From a bacterium (GTDB lineage Bacteria; Patescibacteriota; Dojkabacteria; JAKAPS01; JAJZLI01), in the NCBI GenBank assembly GCA_027371855.1, contig DAHXLB010000032.1, forward strand, positions 10,844 to 74,843: a DNA stretch of 64,000 nucleotides, read 5' to 3'. The position numbers and the translations under genes were made by a program. This document shows, one piece after another, positions 45,591-53,556 of this stretch. Each line of letters starts with the position of its first letter. Within the stretch, counting starts at the first letter, position 1. The notes beneath the pieces were generated by a model. That model was not told the origin of the DNA. It did not search any database and worked only from the letters and a program-made list of their open reading frames with translations.

Positions 45591-47258
45591 TTATTCTTTT
45601 ACGACTCTTAATACTTCTTCAAGAGAGGTTATTCCCTCTTCAGCCTTTCTCATCCCATCTTCTATCATTAAACTCATCCCACTTTCTTGTGCTGCTTTTT
45701 GTATCACATTTGCGTTTTCCCTTCTTGCTATGAGAGTCTTTATATCATCCGTTACTTCTAAAACCTCATATATGCCAATCCTTCCCTTATATCCGTTTGT
45801 ACAATACTCACAACCTTGAGGTTTAAAAAACTTAGCTTGTGTGATTTTTTTAGTAACACCTTTTTTAGTATATTGCTCTTCTAATATACCTATTAGTTTT
45901 TTATCTAAAGAATATTCCAGTTTACAATTATTACAGAGTTTTCTAACTAATCTTTGAGCTATTATAACATTTAAGGTGGAAGATACTAAAAATGATTCAA
46001 TATGCATATCTATAAGTCTTGGTATAGCCCCAGATGAATCATTAGTGTGAAGTGTTGATAAAACTAAATGTCCTGTCATTGCTGCATTTATTGCAATATC
46101 TGCAGTCTCAGTATCTCTAATCTCTCCTACCATTATTACATCAGGATCTTGCCTTAAAAATGATCGTAACCCAGATGCAAAAGTAAGCCCTATATTTGCA
46201 TTTACCTGGGTTTGGTTTACCCTTGGCATAGAATATTCAATAGGGTCTTCAATAGTATCTAAGTTCACTTCTGGTGTATTTAATTCTGATAATACTGTAT
46301 ATAATGTTGTACTTTTCCCTGACCCAGTTGGTCCTGTTACAAGAATCATTCCAACAGTTCTTTTTATTGCATCTTCAATAACCGACAGATCTCTCCCGGT
46401 CATACCTAAACTCTCTAAGCTATATTCTTTTGCATTATCTTCAAGTAATCTCATAACTAATACTTCTCCAGAATATACAGGCATGATAGAGACTCTAAAA
46501 GATATATCTCTATCACTTATTGTTGATTTGAATCTTCCATCTTGAGGGAGTCTGTGTTCATCAATTTTTAAATTTGCTAGAATTTTTATCCTTGCAAGTA
46601 CTGCTTGGTGTACCGCAAGGGGATAAGTAGCCTGATCATGAAGTATACCATCTATTCTATACCTTACTATTGCCTCAGTTTCCATTGGTTCTATATGAAT
46701 ATCAGATGCTCCCATGGTTTTTGCATACTCAAGTATGGTATCAGTAATATTTATAATGGGTAGAGCTTCAGTCTCTCCTGACTTGACGTTTTTAGATTCT
46801 TTGGCATTCTTTTCAATTATATCTTTAAGCTCTTCTTTTATGGATGTTTTGTAGAACTTAAGTCCTTCATAAAAAGATTTTTCTGTTATAAAATATGGGT
46901 CTATGTTATATCCAGTACCTTTTTTTATAAACTCGATGGTATTTATATCTCTTGGATTTGTCATCCCTATTTTTAAAGTTGAAGTTGTTTTGTCAAATGC
47001 TACTATCTTTTTTTCTATTGCTGTTTTTTCAGGAATTATCTTTACAACCGCCGGGTCTATGGTTTTATGTGCTAGGGAGATATAAGGAATACTAAGTTCA
47101 GTCTCTACTATCTCGCCCAATTTATCTTCCGTGATAGTATTTTGAGCTATCAATAAATCCTCAACAGAAGTATTTAACTGTTTTGCCTTTTCTTCTAATT
47201 CTGTATAAAGGCTTTCTGATATATAATTTTTAGATATTAATATATTTTTTAGATTCAT
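45591..47258 (-). CDS. pilB: type IV pilus assembly ATPase PilB (GspE family)
   Basis: Walker A VTGPTGSGKSTTLYTVL, with Asp box, His box and a tetracysteine motif (CNNCK...CEYCTNGYKGRIGIYEVL). It has an N-terminal GSPII-like domain. Confidence 0.9.
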   Translation of the reverse strand: MNLKNILISKNYISESLYTELEEKAKQLNTSVEDLLIAQNTITEDKLGEIVETELSIPYISLAHKTIDPAVVKIIPEKTAIEKKIVAFDKTTSTLKIGMTNPRDINTIEFIKKGTGYNIDPYFITEKSFYEGLKFYKTSIKEELKDIIEKNAKESKNVKSGETEALPIINITDTILEYAKTMGASDIHIEPMETEAIVRYRIDGILHDQATYPLAVHQAVLARIKILANLKIDEHRLPQDGRFKSTISDRDISFRVSIMPVYSGEVLVMRLLEDNAKEYSLESLGMTGRDLSVIEDAIKRTVGMILVTGPTGSGKSTTLYTVLSELNTPEVNLDTIEDPIEYSMPRVNQTQVNANIGLTFASGLRSFLRQDPDVIMVGEIRDTETADIAINAAMTGHLVLSTLHTNDSSGAIPRLIDMHIESFLVSSTLNVIIAQRLVRKLCNNCKLEYSLDKKLIGILEEQYTKKGVTKKITQAKFFKPQGCEYCTNGYKGRIGIYEVLEVTDDIKTLIARRENANVIQKAAQESGMSLMIEDGMRKAEEGITSLEEVLRVVKE

Positions 47259-47269
47259 ACTCGCATAAC

Positions 47270-48769
47270 TTATTCTTGAGGGGGCATTTTATATGTCCCG
47301 TTATAAATGTCAACTAATATTTTTAAAACTTCTGATTGTGCCTGTTTCAAAGTTATTGTTTGCTCAATCACGTTATCTAAAATTCCTGATACATTTGCAT
47401 AATCTCCCATAAGCCAAGAGTGAGAAGTGGGCGCCATTTTTACGAATGCAGACATATAATTATATGTTGTAGCAAGAGATGCCATATCTGCCCTTGGGAA
47501 GACATTTGCTATTGGTTCGTTCTCAATCTTTGTTTCTGTATTTGCAAGTGAGAGTAGACTTTGTTTTTGTTCTAAAAATTTTATAAATTTCCATGCTGTG
47601 TTAGGGTGTAAAGATCCACGAGGTACAGCTCTTGCAAAATATAATGAGAGGTTTACCGTTTGTCCAGGTAGCTGAGGAGGTTCCATGACCCCCAAGTTAA
47701 GATTCTTGTTTATAGTTAATATATTTGATATTTGCCAATAAGGAGCATAGACCATAGCAACTGTACCATTTGCAAAAGCAGATATTGCAGATGGAAATTG
47801 TGATGACCACCCGTCAATTTTTGATATTTGAAGATATTCATTTAGAGCATCAGCTCCATTAACTCCATTTGCAAAAGTTACTTGGTTTTGTGAAGTCATT
47901 TTTGTTCCTGACATTAACATAAATAAGGTTAAAATATTTGAAGCATTGTATACATTTGATGTATTTGAACCTATATCAATAGCAGCTTGAGTAACTTGAC
48001 CAGAGCTATTTTGAACTACAAGTTTAGGTATCTCTGATACAAATGTATTGAAGTTTGAAGATGGTGCAGTTAATCCCGCACTTTGGAATTCAGTCTTGTT
48101 GTACAGCAGTGCTAAGCCATCATAGGAGTTGGGTGCAGCATAAATTTGATTATTCAAAGTTAAATCTTGGGTTGCTGTGCTATAGAATTCATTTTGGAAA
48201 TTACTCATATTGTATATCGAAGATGGTGCAGGATATAGATAATTCTTAACCAGGGGAAGGTAAGTATTCCCTATAGTTACTATATCAGGAAGACTTACGC
48301 CACTTTTTAATTTATTTACAAGAAAACTCTCATAGTATTGATCTGGTATTTGCACATAATTAATTGAAACATTAGGATTCTGTTTCTCAAATTGGGAGAT
48401 TAGGGATGTATACGATGACCCTGGTTGGCTAATTCCCCACATAGTTAGACTTATTTTATTATTAGTTTTAGTAATTGAAATTCTTCCCATACCTATCATG
48501 TATATGTATATAGCACCTACTATTATAATGACTAAAGACACTATTATTAGTACCCAAACCAATGTTCTTATCTTATGTTTTATCTTAGCCACCTCCTCTT
48601 CTGTAGGAAGGTTACTTTGGAATTGGATATTCCCAGTATCTTGAGGTATTGGAGCACTTTGCACAAATGTACTTGGAGCTTGCCCTGGAGTTTGCTCGGG
48701 AGTTTGCTCGGGAGTTTCATTAGAGTTTTGTGTTGGTATAGTTTGTTCTCCTATTTGTTGGGTTTCCAT
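47270..48769 (-). CDS. membrane-anchored extracellular solute-binding-protein-like protein with a disordered N-terminus
   Basis: A TPEQ-repeat N-terminus is followed by a TM (VWVLIIVSLVIIIVGAIYIYMI) and a ~400-aa domain resembling family-1 sugar SBPs (LALLYNKTEF..AGL, MVYAPYW). No cognate importer permease or ATPase is adjacent. Confidence 0.5.
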   Translation of the reverse strand: METQQIGEQTIPTQNSNETPEQTPEQTPGQAPSTFVQSAPIPQDTGNIQFQSNLPTEEEVAKIKHKIRTLVWVLIIVSLVIIIVGAIYIYMIGMGRISITKTNNKISLTMWGISQPGSSYTSLISQFEKQNPNVSINYVQIPDQYYESFLVNKLKSGVSLPDIVTIGNTYLPLVKNYLYPAPSSIYNMSNFQNEFYSTATQDLTLNNQIYAAPNSYDGLALLYNKTEFQSAGLTAPSSNFNTFVSEIPKLVVQNSSGQVTQAAIDIGSNTSNVYNASNILTLFMLMSGTKMTSQNQVTFANGVNGADALNEYLQISKIDGWSSQFPSAISAFANGTVAMVYAPYWQISNILTINKNLNLGVMEPPQLPGQTVNLSLYFARAVPRGSLHPNTAWKFIKFLEQKQSLLSLANTETKIENEPIANVFPRADMASLATTYNYMSAFVKMAPTSHSWLMGDYANVSGILDNVIEQTITLKQAQSEVLKILVDIYNGTYKMPPQE

Positions 48770-48780
48770 ATTTTAGTTTT

Positions 48781-49647
48781 TTAAATTTGTAATTTTAGGT
48801 ATTCTCTAAAATCTCCCCATAAATCTTCCCTGTCTTTTATATATTCCACGGTTGTTTTTAGAAAGTTTAATGGGTCTCCTGTAGTAAGCCATTTTCCGTT
48901 TATTTTAGTTGCTATAACTTTATCTTCTTTTGCTAATTTTGATATTGCATCTATAAGCCACAATTCATTATTTTTACCGATTATTTTTTTATCAAGTTCA
49001 GTTAATACATCTCTATTTAATATAAATCTACCAAAGGTTGCAAGGGTAGAAGGGCTCTCTTGGACATTGGGTTTCTCAATTATTGATTCTACTGTGAGAC
49101 CATCTTCTTTGAGTTTAATTATTCCATATTTTGATACATCAGATTTTGCTACTTCTTGTGCCGCAAGTACAATTTTACCAGGATGCTCATTTGCAAATTC
49201 AATTAATTGTTTTGTTGCCGGAACTTGAGATTTTACAAGATCATCTCCAAACATGTATATGAATTGTTCCTCATCCTTTATTAGGTTTCTTGCAACTATG
49301 AGAGGAGTTCCATTTCCATAAGGGAGGTGTTTTTTCTGTCTTACATATATATAATTTGCTTTTTTAGGCAAACTCTTAATCTCTTCTAGGGCCTTTGTTT
49401 TACCTTCTTTTCTAAGGTGTTCTTCAAGGTCTACATTATTATCAAAGTGACTCTCCAGAGTATATTGACCACGGGTTACCATTATTATATCTTCTATTCC
49501 TGATTGTATTAACTCTTCTACAAGATACTGTATAACAGGCTTATCTATAATTGGAAGCATTTCTTTAGGTTGAACTTTTGTTGCAGGTAGAAACCTAGTA
49601 CCATATCCAGCCAAGGCTATTACAGCTTTTGTTATTTTTCTTTTCAT
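48781..49647 (-). CDS. galU: UTP-glucose-1-phosphate uridylyltransferase
   Basis: KAVIALAGYGTRFLPATKVQPKEMLPIIDKPVIQYLVEE is the GalU signature. Confidence 0.85.
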   Translation of the reverse strand: MKRKITKAVIALAGYGTRFLPATKVQPKEMLPIIDKPVIQYLVEELIQSGIEDIIMVTRGQYTLESHFDNNVDLEEHLRKEGKTKALEEIKSLPKKANYIYVRQKKHLPYGNGTPLIVARNLIKDEEQFIYMFGDDLVKSQVPATKQLIEFANEHPGKIVLAAQEVAKSDVSKYGIIKLKEDGLTVESIIEKPNVQESPSTLATFGRFILNRDVLTELDKKIIGKNNELWLIDAISKLAKEDKVIATKINGKWLTTGDPLNFLKTTVEYIKDREDLWGDFREYLKLQI

Positions 49648-49743
49648 ATTAGTAAATTTTGATCCTATACTATATTAGAGATACAAGTACCTTTATACAT
49701 TATTCATATTATATATAATTAGGGTAAAAAACAATGCGTTGAG

Positions 49744-50412
49744 TTATATAGGAAGAATTTCAAGTAGCTCTTTAAATTTTTGTATGTTTTTAAATTGAGG
49801 AGTTTTTTTATTAAAAAGTATTAAATTCTCTATCCCGGCATTTTTTGCACCTTCTAACATTTTAATGTTATCATCTATAATTAATATCTGTTCAGGTGAA
49901 ACTCCAGATTGGGATATTGCGTATTGGTATATATTTAAGTCTGGCTTCATATAACCTATTTCTGGAGATAATATAATAACATCAAAAAGATCAGACAATT
50001 TATATTTATCTAGTACTGCCATTTTTCTTGATGGATAGGAATTTGATAGTATACCAAGCTTATATTTTTCTTTTAACACTGATAAAACCAACTTTGCATT
50101 TTCCTTGAGTTCAAAGTTTTTATGAGTTTCTAGATAAATAAGGACGTTTATAAATTCTTTATTGTAAGCTCTTCCTACTTTTTTACATAGTTTGGTGAAT
50201 AATTCTTTAAAAAATAATTTTTCAGATTCAATATCTTTAATTAACTTTCTTTCATCTTGGTGTTTTTTTATATAGTTTTTATATTCTTTTATGAAGACTT
50301 CTTTATTAATACCTATTATGCCTGCCATAGTTTTCTTATCTATAGAATTTTTTTCGACAATAACACCTATAAGGTCGAAATATATAAATTTTATATTTTT
50401 AAAATTTTCCAT
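49744..50412 (-). CDS. HAD-superfamily hydrolase
   Basis: Motif I FIYFDLIGVIV (DxxG variant), with motif III and IV residues (K...LIIDDN). Confidence 0.5.
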   Translation of the reverse strand: MENFKNIKFIYFDLIGVIVEKNSIDKKTMAGIIGINKEVFIKEYKNYIKKHQDERKLIKDIESEKLFFKELFTKLCKKVGRAYNKEFINVLIYLETHKNFELKENAKLVLSVLKEKYKLGILSNSYPSRKMAVLDKYKLSDLFDVIILSPEIGYMKPDLNIYQYAISQSGVSPEQILIIDDNIKMLEGAKNAGIENLILFNKKTPQFKNIQKFKELLEILPI

Positions 50413-50419
50413 AAATAAC

Positions 50420-50998
50420 TTATTCCCCTATAAAACCTTTGTCAGTTCTTTTAGGATATTGCCGTGGAAATACCCCAAAGATGTTACCTTGGAATTCTGA
50501 GTTTGAATGATCTACATTTGGTTCACGGCTCCTATTTTCAATAAATGAATTAAATACATCATTTCTTACTACAATTGCATCTCTGGAGTTATTCCTTATC
50601 CTAGATAGATAAACCTTTCCAATAAGATGCTTTTTAGTTTCATCGTTTAGTATAGTGAGAACTGAGTATTGAAAATCTTCTTCTATTCTTCTTATGGTAG
50701 CAAGTTTCCGAGTTAAGAATCTTTTTTTGATTTCATTCGGAGATATTGTTATGTACCCTTCTGGGATATCCATAGCCGATATTCTATCAAGTCCGTTTAG
50801 GCCATCTCTTATCATGGCTGCTCTCTCTGCAATTTGTCTCCACTTAGTATATAGAGTTTGATCTTTTGGTCCAGTTCTTAAATCTATTATTGGTGGGGTT
50901 ACAGGCCAATATATTTCAGCTTCACATAATTGTTCTTGTGGTATTTCTTCATTCATTACGATAAAGACATTATAGTATATATTATAATTTAACGTCAA
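50420..50998 (-). CDS. hypothetical protein
   Basis: 192-aa ORF with no TM segment and no recognisable motif. Confidence 0.35.
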   Translation of the reverse strand: MTLNYNIYYNVFIVMNEEIPQEQLCEAEIYWPVTPPIIDLRTGPKDQTLYTKWRQIAERAAMIRDGLNGLDRISAMDIPEGYITISPNEIKKRFLTRKLATIRRIEEDFQYSVLTILNDETKKHLIGKVYLSRIRNNSRDAIVVRNDVFNSFIENRSREPNVDHSNSEFQGNIFGVFPRQYPKRTDKGFIGE

Positions 50999-51076
50999 GA
51001 ATAGTTGTTTCTATAATGAATAAAACAACAATAAAGACTTTTATTAGATGGCATTTTATGCTATCTTAATATCAAG

Positions 51077-52852
51077 ATGAACGAGAAACAACATTCAATT
51101 CCTCAAAATATAATGAGTATACAATTTAAGCTTATAGGGAATATGTCTATGAGGCAATTTCTTATAATCGCCACTCCTTTATTTATTGGTTTTATAATGT
51201 ATGTTATAAAAATAAGTAATTATATAACGGTACCGTTTACTGCCATATTTCTTCTTTCAGCTCTTGCTATAGCATTTGTTCCTCTTGATGACAGACCTTT
51301 AGATGAATGGATTACAAACTTTATAGTCGCAATAAGAAACCCTACACAAAGAATTTGGAAAAAAAATGAAGTAGTCCCTAATATTCTTAAGATCGACAAG
51401 CCTAGTGTTAGTAAAACTAATAATAAAAAAGATATTGCAATGTTTCTATATCAGTCTCCCTTTGATAATTCACTAAACTCAGTTAATGAAGATGCTGTAG
51501 ATAACGCCCTTGATGTAAAGGAGAAGACTTTAATTGCAAATATTGATAAGATAAATAGTATGATATCTAGTGGATCTACAAGTGCCTCTGTGCCTACTAA
51601 AACTTTGGGGAGTGATTTGTTTCAGCAAGAATCTCATTCGAGTGGAGTAGGAAGCTCCGTGCCTTCTCCTTCACCTATATCTGGAAATTCAGCACAAAAT
51701 GGTGATTTTAAAGAAACAACTCCTATAGAGGATCTCGTAAGTCCAATTATTCCAGAAAGTCCTACACCTAAAACTTCAAATGACCGGGATAAAGATAGTG
51801 AAGATAGTAAAATACCTCAATATAATCCTTTTAACATAAGCAATATCACTCCAGTCTCTGCAGCAGAAGAAGTCAAAGCTGCTGGCAATCCAAATATTAG
51901 AGAAGATTTTCTAAATACAGGGATTCAACAAGAAGCATCTGTCCCCGGTCAGATGGAGAATCCTTTTCAAGATATTATTAATCAAATTAATCCTCAAAAT
52001 ACATCATCTTCCAAGGTAATATCACAAGAACAAACTACAGAGTCTGAGACTATGCCATCAGGGGATACTCCGGAAATAAAAGCACCAAGCGTAGTCTTGA
52101 ATGGTGGGACTAAGGATGACAATGATTCTCAAAGTCCTGATTTATCTCAAAATACATCAAGTAACACTCAAGTTGAGCCACCTCCCGAATTCCAAACAGG
52201 TACAACTGCTAACTCTGAGAATAATTCTAGAGAAGAAGAGCTTAATAAAATATTAACAAGGATACAATCATTAGAAGAAGAAAACCAAAAGCTTAAATCT
52301 GAACTTGCAGGGCAATCTGTCTCAACAGAACAAGCTGAATCAAAAGTTTCAAATTTGTCTCCAAAAGAAACTCCTGTACAAACTCAAGAACCAGTTCAAG
52401 AACCAGTTCAAGAACAAATTGCTGAGTCAACACAAACCCAAACTGTAATACAAAAAGGAGATAATAATCCTGCTCAAGAAAATCCCAATCAAGCTAGCCA
52501 AGACCAATCCATTAGTCTTACTAGGCAGCAGTTAATTGATCACCTTCCAGAATTTACAAAAGTCCCTAATGTTGTAGCAGGGGTAGTTATTACTGGTGAT
52601 GGGAAGATATTAAATAATGCTATTGTTATAATCAAAGATACAAATCAAAAACCAGTTAGGGCCGTAAAAACAAATCAACTAGGACAATTTTTTACAAGAA
52701 CTCCCTTACCATCTGGAAGATATGATATCGAAGTTGATGCAGCAGGGTATAAATTTAATACTGCAACAATAGAACTTAATAATCAAGTAATACCTCCTTT
52801 TATGTTTATACCTACATCTGAGGGGGAGCAAAAAAATATTAGCGGAATGTAA
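51077..52852 (+). CDS. PrgI/VirB3-like two-TM N-domain fused to a long S/T/P/Q-rich linker and a C-terminal CarboxypepD_reg-like beta-sandwich domain
   Basis: The N-terminus IQFKLIGNMSMRQFLIIATPLFIGFIMYVI...VPLDDRPLDEWITNFIVAIRNPTQRIW parallels the PrgI family (F.GLT.RQF...P.. and FW..P..R.Y). The C-terminus GVVITGDGKILNNAIVIIKDTNQKPVRAVKTNQLGQFFTRTPLPSGRYDIEVDAAGYKF matches a carboxypeptidase-regulatory-like domain. A PVQE x3 repeat lies in the linker. Confidence 0.5.
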   Translation: MNEKQHSIPQNIMSIQFKLIGNMSMRQFLIIATPLFIGFIMYVIKISNYITVPFTAIFLLSALAIAFVPLDDRPLDEWITNFIVAIRNPTQRIWKKNEVVPNILKIDKPSVSKTNNKKDIAMFLYQSPFDNSLNSVNEDAVDNALDVKEKTLIANIDKINSMISSGSTSASVPTKTLGSDLFQQESHSSGVGSSVPSPSPISGNSAQNGDFKETTPIEDLVSPIIPESPTPKTSNDRDKDSEDSKIPQYNPFNISNITPVSAAEEVKAAGNPNIREDFLNTGIQQEASVPGQMENPFQDIINQINPQNTSSSKVISQEQTTESETMPSGDTPEIKAPSVVLNGGTKDDNDSQSPDLSQNTSSNTQVEPPPEFQTGTTANSENNSREEELNKILTRIQSLEEENQKLKSELAGQSVSTEQAESKVSNLSPKETPVQTQEPVQEPVQEQIAESTQTQTVIQKGDNNPAQENPNQASQDQSISLTRQQLIDHLPEFTKVPNVVAGVVITGDGKILNNAIVIIKDTNQKPVRAVKTNQLGQFFTRTPLPSGRYDIEVDAAGYKFNTATIELNNQVIPPFMFIPTSEGEQKNISGM

Positions 52853-52855
52853 ATT

Positions 52856-53539
52856 ATGTCAATATTATCAGATCCTAAAAGGATACCAATAGTAGCAACA
52901 ACTCAAGACCATCTTGATATAGAGGATATAAAAGATAATCTTCTTATTTTAAAGAATGGGAATGTATGTATCGTTATTGAGACTTCTGCTGTAAATTTTT
53001 ATCTTTTATCTGAGATTGAACAAGAGAGTAAGATATATGCATTTGCAGGGTTACTAAACTCTCTAGGCTTTTATATTCAAGTTATGATACACACTGAGAA
53101 TATTGATATATCTAGGTATTTAAAACACCTTGATGAATATAAGTTAAAACAGAAGGACCCTAAAATTAAATACCAGATAGATATTTATAGAAAAAATATT
53201 AAGGATCTGATTGTGAAAAATAATGTTTTGGATAAACATTTTTATATAGTGATACCGTACCTTGCATCTATGCCTAAGAAACCTTCTTTCATAAAACAAT
53301 TTTTTGGTAAACAGGCTAAATTAGGAGATACTACTAAATTGGTTGAAGCTGCAAAAATTAGACTTTATCCAAGAAGAGATCATATAATAAAACAACTTTC
53401 TAGAATGGGCCTTAGATCTAGACAGTTAGAAAGTGCAGATTTGATAAAACTTTTTTATAGTATATATAATCCTATGAATGCTAAAATTAGAGGAGATTTT
53501 GATGAATATACAGGTCCAATAGTTTCTGGATCAAAATAA
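52856..53539 (+). CDS. stand-alone VirB4 N-terminal-domain-like protein (split VirB4, part 1)
   Basis: IPIVATTQDHLDIEDIKDNLLILKNGNVCIVIETSAVNFYLLSEIEQESKIYAFAGLLNSLGFYIQVMIHTENI parallels the extreme N-terminus of proteobacterial VirB4/TrbE (YLPYIGHLSDHIVLLEDGSIMSIARIDGVAFELEEIEMRNARCRAFNTLFRNIADDHVSIYAHLVRH in A. tumefaciens VirB4). No TM segment. An 18-bp gap separates it from the ATPase ORF. Confidence 0.5.
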   Translation: MSILSDPKRIPIVATTQDHLDIEDIKDNLLILKNGNVCIVIETSAVNFYLLSEIEQESKIYAFAGLLNSLGFYIQVMIHTENIDISRYLKHLDEYKLKQKDPKIKYQIDIYRKNIKDLIVKNNVLDKHFYIVIPYLASMPKKPSFIKQFFGKQAKLGDTTKLVEAAKIRLYPRRDHIIKQLSRMGLRSRQLESADLIKLFYSIYNPMNAKIRGDFDEYTGPIVSGSK

Positions 53540-53556
53540 TTATTATAGATGAATAT

